From NCBI GenBank assembly GCA_036569465.1, contig DATCQO010000014.1:9507-73506 (forward strand): a DNA stretch of 64,000 nt, written 5' to 3'. The position numbers and the translations under genes were made by a program. The DNA comes from Candidatus Microsaccharimonas sp. (GTDB lineage: Bacteria; Patescibacteriota; Saccharimonadia; Saccharimonadales; Saccharimonadaceae). Under the pieces are notes generated by a model. The model was not told the DNA's origin. It saw only the letters and a list, made by a program, of their open reading frames with translations, and searched no databases. Below, piece by piece: positions 47,992 to 56,376 of the stretch. How positions within the stretch are numbered: the first letter of the stretch is position 1; every line of letters begins with the position of its first letter.

Positions 47992-49227
47992 TTATAGATA
48001 CCGCGTGCTCCCAAAGGGGATTTTCTGTTTTACGTAGATCCCTGTCCCTAGTGTATCGGCTGAATGAATTGTTCGTTCACCATACTTTTTATTGATGCCG
48101 TCGATAGCCTCTGTCACCTGTCTTTCCTGAATGATTTGGTCGTTAAATAGACTAATCTGCTCGTCCTCGATAGGCTCTAGTTCGTAACAATGTATTCCTA
48201 TCTCCTTGAGTCCGTCCGGTGCATTGTCGAATAATTTGTGCGCCAACATGTAAATCGTCTGGTCAGAAGAGAAGGGAAGTTGCAGTAGAGTAGAGGAGTG
48301 CCAATATCCCCTGGTCAGGGTTTTTGCATACACATATATCCCCCGCGCTGATTTGTTTTGTGAACGCATCCTTGAACCAACCGATTCGCACAAATGATGC
48401 AGCCTTTTTCCTACCTCATCATGCGTCAGATTAAAACTTTCCAGAACATATTGCCGTCCTACCCGTTTTATATCTGATTCAACATCATCAACTTCCCAGC
48501 CACGTAGCCGATCGTACCACCAGCGACCAACCACACTTTTAAAAACAATCCGTTGCAGCACAACTGGATCTGAATCTAAAAACTCTAGGGGTGTATAGAT
48601 ACCAACGCTGTTTAGGCGATGTTCATTACGATGCGCAATACCCGTCAGATCAGTCAGCTTTAACGTTCCCAGCACTTCACGAATATTCGCAGGTGTAATG
48701 ACATCCAAGCCATCTGGTTTGTGTAGTCCTGCCGCCTGCTTTGCCAAGAATCGATTCGTCGCAATCCCAACGTTGCAGCGCATCCACACGCCTATCTCGT
48801 CTTTTAACCGCTGCTTGATCTCGTGCCCAATCTCAACCAGATCACGACCCTGTATGTCTGCGGTCGTATTATGAAAATCAATAATTCCCTCATCGATGCT
48901 TTTCATCGTCACATGTGCCGAATATTCTTTCATAATGTCCAGGAGTCGATGATACACATATCGATATTTTGATGGATCGCTTTCAATCACAACGAGGTCC
49001 GGGCAAAGAATCTTTGCATCACGGACTTTCATGCCTGCTTTGACACCCATAGCTTTTGCCTCATAACTTGCAGTCACAAGCGCTGTTTTGTCAGTTCGTC
49101 GGTTTGCAATACCGACTGGTTTACCGCGGAGCATCGGCCGAGCCTGTTGCTCAACAGTCGCAAAACAACTATTCAAATCAATGTGCATAATGAGCGGTCG
49201 CTCACCGTTAAATTCAGGCCTATTCAT
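47992..49227 (-). CDS. dinB: Y-family DNA polymerase (DinB/Pol IV-like)
   Basis: 411 aa. IMHIDLNSCFATVEQ (catalytic Asp), SIDEGIIDF (DE motif) and the little-finger region. Confidence 0.9.
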   Translation of the reverse strand: MNRPEFNGERPLIMHIDLNSCFATVEQQARPMLRGKPVGIANRRTDKTALVTASYEAKAMGVKAGMKVRDAKILCPDLVVIESDPSKYRYVYHRLLDIMKEYSAHVTMKSIDEGIIDFHNTTADIQGRDLVEIGHEIKQRLKDEIGVWMRCNVGIATNRFLAKQAAGLHKPDGLDVITPANIREVLGTLKLTDLTGIAHRNEHRLNSVGIYTPLEFLDSDPVVLQRIVFKSVVGRWWYDRLRGWEVDDVESDIKRVGRQYVLESFNLTHDEVGKRLHHLCESVGSRMRSQNKSARGIYVYAKTLTRGYWHSSTLLQLPFSSDQTIYMLAHKLFDNAPDGLKEIGIHCYELEPIEDEQISLFNDQIIQERQVTEAIDGINKKYGERTIHSADTLGTGIYVKQKIPFGSTRYL

Positions 49228-49489
49228 AGTGATCTGCCTCCATCGTCAAGTGCCAGGTCAATCGTTCGCTATCAAATTCTAATCGATAATCAGCGCCACC
49301 GTCGGTCACATCGAACATATGAACCGTCTTTCGACCTTGGTTGACTGGATGTCGCAGGCCTAATTCCTGGACCTCGACTTCCCGTCCATTTGACCGTCTA
49401 AATTTTAGTGGCCGACACGGTTGGTGTCCGGTACTATTAAACACAGCTATTACTTCTACCTGCTCATTTAAAAAAGTTTCGTCATTCAT
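49220..49489 (-). CDS. Small conserved-looking hypothetical protein translationally coupled to dinB
   Basis: 89-aa ORF whose 3' end overlaps the dinB start by 8 nt. No motif recognised. Confidence 0.5.
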   Translation of the reverse strand: MNDETFLNEQVEVIAVFNSTGHQPCRPLKFRRSNGREVEVQELGLRHPVNQGRKTVHMFDVTDGGADYRLEFDSERLTWHLTMEADHYE

Positions 49490-49738
49490 TTCAAAAATCC
49501 TCTAATACTTCTTATTCCTAAAGTTTTATAGAGAAACGATTTCTAAATTGTATTGCCCGTTCATTCACCCGTTTCATTAGTGAACATCCGAAGACAATGG
49601 AATGACCATTCGTGAGGGACGCTTAACCCCAAAAAATAATCGAGGGTCAGTGAGTATCACGTGGTTATAGTTATATTATACGCCGTTAACTCTAGAAATA
49701 ACACCGGTAATCTGGTAAAATCAACTACGACCCAGTTT

Positions 49739-49815
49739 GGCACCGTAGCTCAGTTGGTTAGAGCGCGAGACTCATAAGCTCGAGGTCACAAGTTCAATTC
49801 TTGTCGGTGCTACCA
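49739..49815 (+). tRNA. tRNA with CAU anticodon, elongator tRNA-Met type, CCA encoded
   Basis: Cloverleaf: GGCACCG/CGGTGCT, D arm GCTC-AGTTGGTTA-GAGC, anticodon loop CTCATAA, T arm ACAAG-TTCAATT-CTTGT. The body closely resembles elongator tRNA-Met as I remember it from E. coli. Confidence 0.85.
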
Positions 49816-49826
49816 AGAAATCATAT

Positions 49827-49857
49827 AAAAATACCCCTCGTAATGAGCGGTATTTTT
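49827..49857. terminator. Weak bidirectional hairpin between tRNA-Met and the convergent pilin-like gene
   Basis: AAAAATACC-N13-GGTATTTTT. Confidence 0.4.
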
Positions 49858-49864
49858 TTAATTA

Positions 49865-50125
49865 CTACAGGCTTGAAGTTTGTGAATCAAGGACAGTAGT
49901 GTCGCTCGAGTCGGTCAAATCAATCGCTTGTAAATCATTTGCTGCCTTATCCAGGTCAGACGCAGACTTTACTGCAGTGACAGTAGTCGGTGCGGCAGTT
50001 GTTTGTGTGCTGGCAACTTGTGGTTTCACAAACCGATTATAAGCAACAAATCCCAGCGTCGTAATGATAGCGGCGACAACAACAATGATCAATGCTTCAA
50101 CAATCGTAAATCCTCGAGTTTTCAT
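49865..50125 (-). CDS. Short type IV pilin-like protein (prepilin N-terminal methylation motif)
   Basis: 86 aa. MKTRG|FTIVEALIIVVVAAIITTLGFVAY, with Glu at +5. Confidence 0.75.
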   Translation of the reverse strand: MKTRGFTIVEALIIVVVAAIITTLGFVAYNRFVKPQVASTQTTAAPTTVTAVKSASDLDKAANDLQAIDLTDSSDTTVLDSQTSSL

Positions 50126-50847
50126 TAATTCGTTCCTCCTGTTGTCGTGCCGGAAGTTGTCGTTGTTTCTGTCGCCTTGGCTGCATCTCTCACGGCCTTC
50201 ACAAGCACCTTTACTGCATCACGGTACGCACCGAATGCATCGACTTTATCGAGTCGCTTGTTACGGAATGCCTGAATATCAGCTTTTGGACCATCCGATG
50301 CACAAGAGAATTGAGGAGTACTGGTCAGTTCTGCACTAGCACTCACCGCAGCTGCTTTGGCGGTTTCAACATTCGCAACGAGCGTATCGTAATTACTAAC
50401 CGATAGGCCTTTGTCTGTATAGAACTTTGTGGTCATATCGTAAATGGCCGTAATGCGGTCGAAGTGATTCTTGCTTCGTTGCACGACATCATCCATGGCT
50501 TTGTTGACGACAGATTGATGTGTTTCACACACCGCCTTCTTTTTATCATCCAATTTTTGGCGAGTGATTTCTTTACGAACTTCACCCTTTGGGTTATCCG
50601 CTTTGTCTTCTGCAGTCTGGGTTGTACCGCTTTTGTCCGTCTCCGACGACGGCTGTGTCTGTGACCTTTTGGTAGATTCAGTCGATTTACCTGACCCGCT
50701 ACTACTATCTGTCGATGTAGAAGGTGTCGTGGTGGTTGTTCCACTGCCAGATGTACCGTCTTCTGCAAATAGTTGAGGAACAAACGTCACAGTAAGCATT
50801 AAGCTGAGCGTAATTCCAATGACGACATTCTTTGCCCTGAGTTTCAT
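50125..50847 (-). CDS. Secreted Ser/Thr-rich protein
   Basis: 240 aa. Signal peptide MKLRAKNVVIGITLSLMLTVTFVPQLFA, low-complexity TTTTPSTSTDSSSGSG and a helical C-terminal part. There is a 1-nt overlap with the downstream pilin-like gene. Confidence 0.6.
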   Translation of the reverse strand: MKLRAKNVVIGITLSLMLTVTFVPQLFAEDGTSGSGTTTTTPSTSTDSSSGSGKSTESTKRSQTQPSSETDKSGTTQTAEDKADNPKGEVRKEITRQKLDDKKKAVCETHQSVVNKAMDDVVQRSKNHFDRITAIYDMTTKFYTDKGLSVSNYDTLVANVETAKAAAVSASAELTSTPQFSCASDGPKADIQAFRNKRLDKVDAFGAYRDAVKVLVKAVRDAAKATETTTTSGTTTGGTN

Positions 50848-50935
50848 GTATATATCCTTATATAATGGTTATGTTATCAGTATACCGTGGAGCATACAAA
50901 AAACAACACTATTCAATCGGGTGTATGATAAACGC

Positions 50936-51589
50936 ATGAGTACTATAAAGAAAATCAACAGCTCCTCCTCTATCCGTTTAATCATCGCCCTTATTGTCGG
51001 TATCGTCGTCGCACTAATTGGACTATTGATGCACATTGGAACAATCTCAATTCTCATTGGCTGGGAAGTTGCCGTTATTATCTTCGTCTTGTGGATCTGG
51101 TTGATCATCTGGCCGATGAGTCACAAACGAACATCTGACTTCGCACAGCGTGAAGATCCGGGTAGGGTAGGGGTAGACGTTCTTTTGATTCTTGCCAGTA
51201 TCGCTAGCCTTGGTGCAGTTGGCTATGCCCTATTTGAGGCTCACGTCACAAGTGATAATGGTCGCCAGCTGATGCTCACGTTCATTAGCCTCTTTAGTGT
51301 TGTCGTTTCGTGGATACTGATTCATACCATTTACGCACTCCGCTACGCCCGTTTTTACTATTCAAAAGAAATCGAGGGAACTATTGATTTTAACAAAGAG
51401 CACAAACCAGCCTACTCCGACTTCATCTACGTTGCATTTACGGTTGGTATGACGTATCAGATTTCAGATACAACGCTTATCGGCACAGAGTTCAGAAAAA
51501 CCGTCCTTCGTCACGCAGTGCTGTCATACGTGTTCGGGACGGTTATCGTTGCGACGACAATTAGTTTGATTGCCGGGCTTGGTAATTAG
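50936..51589 (+). CDS. DUF1345-like membrane protein
   Basis: The start was reset to ATG 50936 (MSTIKKINSSSS...). It has multiple TM segments. IHTIYALRYARFYYS ... PAYSDFIYVAFTVGMTYQISDT matches my recollection of the DUF1345 signature. Confidence 0.5.
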   Translation: MSTIKKINSSSSIRLIIALIVGIVVALIGLLMHIGTISILIGWEVAVIIFVLWIWLIIWPMSHKRTSDFAQREDPGRVGVDVLLILASIASLGAVGYALFEAHVTSDNGRQLMLTFISLFSVVVSWILIHTIYALRYARFYYSKEIEGTIDFNKEHKPAYSDFIYVAFTVGMTYQISDTTLIGTEFRKTVLRHAVLSYVFGTVIVATTISLIAGLGN

Positions 51590-53191
51590 CTAGTTTTGAT
51601 ACTCGGTCGTCGCCGATTGATCGCTATTAAACTGAATACTTAAACATGGGTCTTTTGTTGACTTTGTAGCTTCTTCGATTCCGTTATGAGTGTAGCTTGC
51701 ACTCACGATATTTTCGACTGAAAGTTTTGCGGTTTGATTCGATGCACATACATCTGGGTTGGTGACATCGAGCGACTTGATATTGCCAAGCCCTACTGAC
51801 GATTGTCCATACACTGATGCTTTTACGTTAGCGACTGCCGCATCTTCAGCAAAGAGCTGTGCTGTTTCGTCGGTCTTCACCGTAAGGTTGTCTATACGTG
51901 AGCCAGTAAGTCGTAGTGAAGACCCATTATATACTTCCGTCTTTAGACTTGGTTGACTCGTGGCGCTATACGATACGTAGCCATTGCTGACAATGATGCT
52001 TTCAAGTCGAGGACCATATAAGGTGATGGTATTGTCCGCAATCCCGTTCGTCTGGTTTGAAAATGCAAGCTTAACACGGAGAACACCATTTTCCACAGTC
52101 ACATCGACTTTCGGCGCATCTTTTAATGATCGTTGCTTAATTGAAGTTACACTATCATCGGCAACGTAGACAACGTTAGCTGTACCCTGAATATCAACAG
52201 AAAGTGTCTTTACTGACGCGTAGTTATCGGGCGTCTTCACTATCGTATCGACAGTATTGCGCAGCACTTGATCATATTGTAGCTGGTGCTCATAAGTACT
52301 TGCTATCACCGCACCGCCAAAAGATCCTAATCCAAGGATAATAATAACGATGCCGCTTATCCAAATTTGCTTATTAAATTTTTGAGCAAATGCCGCGGAA
52401 GCAACCAGGAGCGATAAGATCGTCAAAAGCACACCAGCGCTAAACGCAAAGATAATAGCAAGCTGATAGGGCGCATACGATTCAAACCCACTCGATTGAC
52501 CATTCCTTGCAAGTTCAATCGCCGCAACAACAAGTGCAGCAACCGACGCTACCGCGCTCACAATACCTATCAACCCTACGATGGTCGTTGCCACCCGTTT
52601 CTGAATCCTTGTTCGGCGTTCAATATCAACACCTGATCCGTTCTCATTCAGTTCGCGAATCGAGGCGAGTGTAACTTGTCGCCCTGCAAGTTGGAGTTTT
52701 TCTGCTGCAGTACGCGCTGGTGGAATAATTAACCACAACACGACATATAGCAGCACGGCTAGTCCAAATGATACAAAAGTAAGGATGATAAATGCCAACC
52801 TTATCCATAGTGCATTAATACGAAAGTAGCTTGCGATACCACCCAGTACACCGCCTAGTAGAGCAGTATCAAGGTTCCGATATAATGTCCGTTTAGCTTC
52901 ACTTGAAAGTAACTCTGGATCAATTTCAAGCGTCGCCTCATCGGTCATAAAATCTTTTGGTTCACCTAGCTGTTCACGAACGGCCTTGACGTCCGCTTCT
53001 GAAATGACATCGTCCTGTTTGACACCTCGTTCGAGCAACAATTCCGTAATGCGAATTTCTATATCTCCAAGCAGCTCACTATCATTAGTGTATGCTTCAA
53101 GCGTCGCAATATATTTTTCTAAATACTTCTTCGCTGAAAGTTCAACGTTATAGGGAACTTTTGCGATGTGGATTCGGGTTATATCTTTCAT
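51590..53191 (-). CDS. PspC-domain envelope-stress membrane protein with C-terminal beta-rich (DUF2807/GIN-like) domain
   Basis: 533 aa. The PspC domain is LYRNLDTALLGGVLGGIASYFRINALWIRLAFIILTF. It has several TM segments and repetitive beta-strand C-terminal modules. Confidence 0.7.
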   Translation of the reverse strand: MKDITRIHIAKVPYNVELSAKKYLEKYIATLEAYTNDSELLGDIEIRITELLLERGVKQDDVISEADVKAVREQLGEPKDFMTDEATLEIDPELLSSEAKRTLYRNLDTALLGGVLGGIASYFRINALWIRLAFIILTFVSFGLAVLLYVVLWLIIPPARTAAEKLQLAGRQVTLASIRELNENGSGVDIERRTRIQKRVATTIVGLIGIVSAVASVAALVVAAIELARNGQSSGFESYAPYQLAIIFAFSAGVLLTILSLLVASAAFAQKFNKQIWISGIVIIILGLGSFGGAVIASTYEHQLQYDQVLRNTVDTIVKTPDNYASVKTLSVDIQGTANVVYVADDSVTSIKQRSLKDAPKVDVTVENGVLRVKLAFSNQTNGIADNTITLYGPRLESIIVSNGYVSYSATSQPSLKTEVYNGSSLRLTGSRIDNLTVKTDETAQLFAEDAAVANVKASVYGQSSVGLGNIKSLDVTNPDVCASNQTAKLSVENIVSASYTHNGIEEATKSTKDPCLSIQFNSDQSATTEYQN

Positions 53192-53199
53192 ATTTCTCC

Positions 53200-53544
53200 T
53201 TATAACTTTTTTAAAGTCGCTTGTAGCGCGTTAATTTTCTTCTCAACTCGATCTGCAACTTCTTGTCCGTAGTCAGTCGTTCGGTAATATTTTCGAGGCG
53301 GACCCTGCTCGCTCTCTTGCCATTCGTGCCGTAATAGCCCGTCTTTCTGGAGGCGCGATAATAGCGGATAAATCGTGCCTTCAACAACGACTAATTCGGC
53401 AGTACGTAATTGCCGGATAATATCGCTGGTATATTTGGCTTTTTTTACACAAGCCTTCAAAACACAGAAGGCGAGAAAACCTTTCCTCAATTGAACTGCT
53501 AATTGTTCAGCATACAGCTCGCTGCTCTTTTCGTTATTTGTCAT
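53200..53544 (-). CDS. PadR-family transcriptional regulator
   Basis: 114 aa. Winged helix with GTIYPLLSRLQKDGLL and WQESEQGPPRKYYRTT. It lies directly upstream of the PspC-domain gene. Confidence 0.85.
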   Translation of the reverse strand: MTNNEKSSELYAEQLAVQLRKGFLAFCVLKACVKKAKYTSDIIRQLRTAELVVVEGTIYPLLSRLQKDGLLRHEWQESEQGPPRKYYRTTDYGQEVADRVEKKINALQATLKKL

Positions 53545-53548
53545 GGTT

Positions 53549-53563
53549 CTATGTTATACATAG
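53549..53563. promoter_or_regulatory. Palindrome CTATGT-TAT-ACATAG just upstream of padR (possible autoregulatory operator)
   Basis: 6-bp arms containing the ATGT/ACAT half-sites known for PadR operators. The spacing is 3 nt rather than the usual 8. Confidence 0.3.
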
Positions 53564-53630
53564 TACTATATAAAGTCAACACCACTACAACATAATCTAT
53601 TCGTTACTAATAAAAACTAAATGGATACAA

Positions 53631-53659
53631 ACAAAAAATAGGGTAATCAGATACCCTAT
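53631..53659 (-). terminator. Intrinsic terminator for a short minus-strand transcript
   Basis: ATAGGGTA / TACCCTAT 8-bp stem (53638-53645 / 53652-53659), followed on the minus strand by TTTTTGTTTG. It lies 24 nt past the stop of the 45-aa ORF. Confidence 0.55.
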
Positions 53660-53682
53660 TCATTTAAGAATTTTGACTCTAC

Positions 53683-53820
53683 TTATTTTCCAGAGATAAT
53701 TGCTTCACGTGTCGAAATAAAGTTACGAAGTTCATCATTTGATCGAGGGCGATCCCAGCTGGCGAGCTCTAATACTTCGCTAAGTGTAACTGGTTCGATC
53801 TGACTGCTTGTTGAATCCAT
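53683..53820 (-). CDS. Possible 45-aa small protein (below the ORF-track cutoff)
   Basis: Hand translation gives MDSTSSQIEPVTLSEVLELASWDRPRSNDELRNFISTREAIISGK. It is the only ORF in a 425-nt gap and has its own terminator. No strong SD sequence. Confidence 0.3.
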   Translation of the reverse strand: MDSTSSQIEPVTLSEVLELASWDRPRSNDELRNFISTREAIISGK

Positions 53821-53970
53821 GTTGGTTGTTGCCTTTTGTTTGTTTTATTGTTTTATGTACTTATTTAAGCACAAACGTCATAAAAAGTCAATACTCTTAT
53901 GTTAATAACTTTGACTGGGGTGATACGCTTATGGTATAAATACTATCAGAGGAACTAAAAAAATAAACAT

Positions 53971-54687
53971 ATGGACATCGCCTCGTCTCTCGCAATCGTC
54001 ACACTAGCGGCGCTCATTCATGCCAGTTTTCAGCTGAGCGTGAGTGTCTTAACGTTGCTTTCTGGTCATGCCATTGGCGCTCGAACTTCTCAGGCTCATG
54101 TCATGCGTTTAACATTCGGATTCGTCAGTGGGGCAGGGGTTATGACCCTACTCGCTCTCTCGTTTATTTCACTGATCTTACTACATCTTTTTGGACATGA
54201 TGCCCCTGAATTCGTCTGGGCAATTGCCTGCGGATTACTGATTGGTGTTGGCGTTGCCGTCTGGTTTTTTTACTATCGCCGCGAAAAAGGAACATCCTTA
54301 TGGATTCCCCGCTCATTCGCCCGACACCTCAGTGATCGAAGCAAGGCAACAAAAAGTGCTGCCGAAGCGTTCAGCCTTGGTCTAACTAGTGTCGTGAGCG
54401 AACTGCTCTTTATCGCTGCACCAATGATTATTAGCGCACTAGTGCTGATTGGGCTTCCTGCTCACTGGCAATTAGTTGGCATCGCTATTTATGCTGTCAT
54501 TTCCCTACTGACCCTATTCAGCGTCTGGGTCCTAATCGGCAGTGGACACAAACTCAGCTCTATTCAAAAATGGCGCGAAGATAACAAGGGCTTCTTGCAG
54601 TTTGCCGCTGGTGGTGCGTTGGCTGTCCTTGGATTTTTCGTCTATGTCTGCAAAATCCTGAGTGATGCATCGGGAGCATTACTATAA
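53971..54687 (+). CDS. Polytopic membrane protein, function unknown
   Basis: 238 aa, about 6 TM segments. It is the first gene of a three-gene plus-strand unit. Confidence 0.55.
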   Translation: MDIASSLAIVTLAALIHASFQLSVSVLTLLSGHAIGARTSQAHVMRLTFGFVSGAGVMTLLALSFISLILLHLFGHDAPEFVWAIACGLLIGVGVAVWFFYYRREKGTSLWIPRSFARHLSDRSKATKSAAEAFSLGLTSVVSELLFIAAPMIISALVLIGLPAHWQLVGIAIYAVISLLTLFSVWVLIGSGHKLSSIQKWREDNKGFLQFAAGGALAVLGFFVYVCKILSDASGALL

Positions 54688-54977
54688 TGGCCGACAACGA
54701 AACAACCGTCATCATCAAACGTAAAGGCCAACGGCCAACTGAGACGTTTAATAGAGACAAGCTACACCAAAGTATCGTCGCAGCTAGCCTCAGTGCACGC
54801 GCACCAGAAGGCCAAGCGGATACAATCGCCTACGCTGTCACGAACTACGTCCTTGAATGGCTTGAATCTCGACCAGAAGTGACTAGTCACGATATTCGTC
54901 TCGTTGCTACCCGGCACCTGCGCGCGCATCATCCAGACGCTGCATATTTATACGAACAACACCGAACGACATTATAG
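54687..54977 (+). CDS. Stand-alone ATP-cone domain protein
   Basis: 96 aa. VIIKRKGQRPTETFNRDKLHQSI...VTSHDIRLVATRHL fits the ATP-cone pattern (V.KRdG....F...Ki..si). There is no zinc ribbon and no reductase domain. TAATG overlap with the upstream gene. Confidence 0.7.
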   Translation: MADNETTVIIKRKGQRPTETFNRDKLHQSIVAASLSARAPEGQADTIAYAVTNYVLEWLESRPEVTSHDIRLVATRHLRAHHPDAAYLYEQHRTTL

Positions 54978-54999
54978 AAAAACGAAAAGGAACATAACG

Positions 55000-56376
55000 A
55001 TGGCACAACCTTCACACACATTTGACTACGACCTTATCGTTATCGGCAGCGGCGCTGGCGGTAGTGCGGCAGCAACTATTGCCGCCAGAGCAGGGAAGCG
55101 CGTTGCCATTATCGAATCAGATACATTCGGTGGCGACTCTCCGAACTGGAGCGACGTTCCAACAAAAGCACTCCTTCACGTTGCTCGTCTGTACGACGAA
55201 GCACGCCACGGCGACAAATTCGGCCTTCGTACCTCTACCCTTGGCTATAACTACCCTTCAATTCGGGCCTGGAAAGAACTCGCCGTCCAGCGAACCGGCG
55301 CTGCTGGTAACCGTAAATTTTATGAGAGTCACGGTATCTCTGCTTTTAATGCTACCGCGCACTTCTTAAGTCCAAATGAAATTAGCGTGAATCGTCGCCA
55401 TCTATCAGCAAAGAACTTCTTAATTGCCACCGGATCATCATGGGCAACCCCAAACATCCAAGGCCTGACTGATCTGCCCTTCTTTACCCCACGAACTATC
55501 CTTGAAGCCATTCGTCCGCCAAAGAGCTTATTCATTATTGGCGGTGGCAGCCACGGTGTCGAGATTGCTCAGCTCATGGCCACATTCGGGACAAAAGTTT
55601 ACATTGCCGAACAAGCTGCCCGCATCCTGCCAAAACAAGATAGTGAAGTAGGGGAGTTGTTGGAAAAAGTTTTGACCGAGCAAAAAGGCGTCTCAGTCCT
55701 CACCCACTCACGCGTTTTGTCTGTCAGCAAAGAAGGACTGAGTAAAAAGATCCTCATCTCTCGTGGTGGCGTCGAGAAATACATCAAAGCCGATGAAATC
55801 CTTGTCGCGGCTGGTCGCACCCCTAACCTTGACCTTGGTCTGGAGAATGCCTCTGTAAAATATACACCAAAAGGCATCGAAGTAAACGATCACCTGCAAA
55901 CCAGCGTCAAACATATTTATGCCGCCGGTGATGTCCTTGGCCTCGACAGTCATACGCATACCGCCATCCTGCAAAGTCGCATTGCTGCGCACAACATGTT
56001 TGAAAAGGTTAAAGCCGTTCCCAACTACGTCGCTACCCCTAGCCTGATTTTCACCACACCTGAGGTTGCCCAAGTCGGACTATCCGAAGATGACTGCCGC
56101 AAGCGTGACTTGCCTATTAAAAAAGCAATTGCACCACTGAACATCATTGCTCGCTCGAATACTTCTGATTTTCGCGATGGATTCGTAAAAATCATCACTG
56201 ATAAAAAAGGCGTCGTACTTGGTGGTACTATTGTTGCTCCTAGTGCCTCAGAAATGATCCACGAGATCGGCCTCGCCGTGAAACATAACCTTACAGCAGC
56301 TCAACTCGCGGATACTCCACACGCCTTCCTCAGCTGGTCAGAAGCAATTCGCGTTGCCGCTAGTAAACTGATCTAA
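55000..56376 (+). CDS. Dihydrolipoyl-dehydrogenase-like FAD/NAD(P) oxidoreductase lacking the redox-active Cys pair
   Basis: The start was reset to ATG 55000 (MAQPSHTFDYDLIVIGSGAGGSAAA...). It has FAD and NAD Rossmann motifs (GSGAGG, IIGGGSHGVE) and a dimerisation domain with TPHAFLSWSEA. The canonical GGTCLNVGCIPSK reads GGDSPNWSDVPTK. Confidence 0.8.
   Translation: MAQPSHTFDYDLIVIGSGAGGSAAATIAARAGKRVAIIESDTFGGDSPNWSDVPTKALLHVARLYDEARHGDKFGLRTSTLGYNYPSIRAWKELAVQRTGAAGNRKFYESHGISAFNATAHFLSPNEISVNRRHLSAKNFLIATGSSWATPNIQGLTDLPFFTPRTILEAIRPPKSLFIIGGGSHGVEIAQLMATFGTKVYIAEQAARILPKQDSEVGELLEKVLTEQKGVSVLTHSRVLSVSKEGLSKKILISRGGVEKYIKADEILVAAGRTPNLDLGLENASVKYTPKGIEVNDHLQTSVKHIYAAGDVLGLDSHTHTAILQSRIAAHNMFEKVKAVPNYVATPSLIFTTPEVAQVGLSEDDCRKRDLPIKKAIAPLNIIARSNTSDFRDGFVKIITDKKGVVLGGTIVAPSASEMIHEIGLAVKHNLTAAQLADTPHAFLSWSEAIRVAASKLI

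Noticed and set aside
49490-49738. SOS/LexA (Cheo) box upstream of the dinB unit
   Set aside because: Only GTTCA-N17-TGAAC (about 49559-49585) is present. The spacing does not fit GAAC-N4-GTTC, and no lexA is seen in the window.
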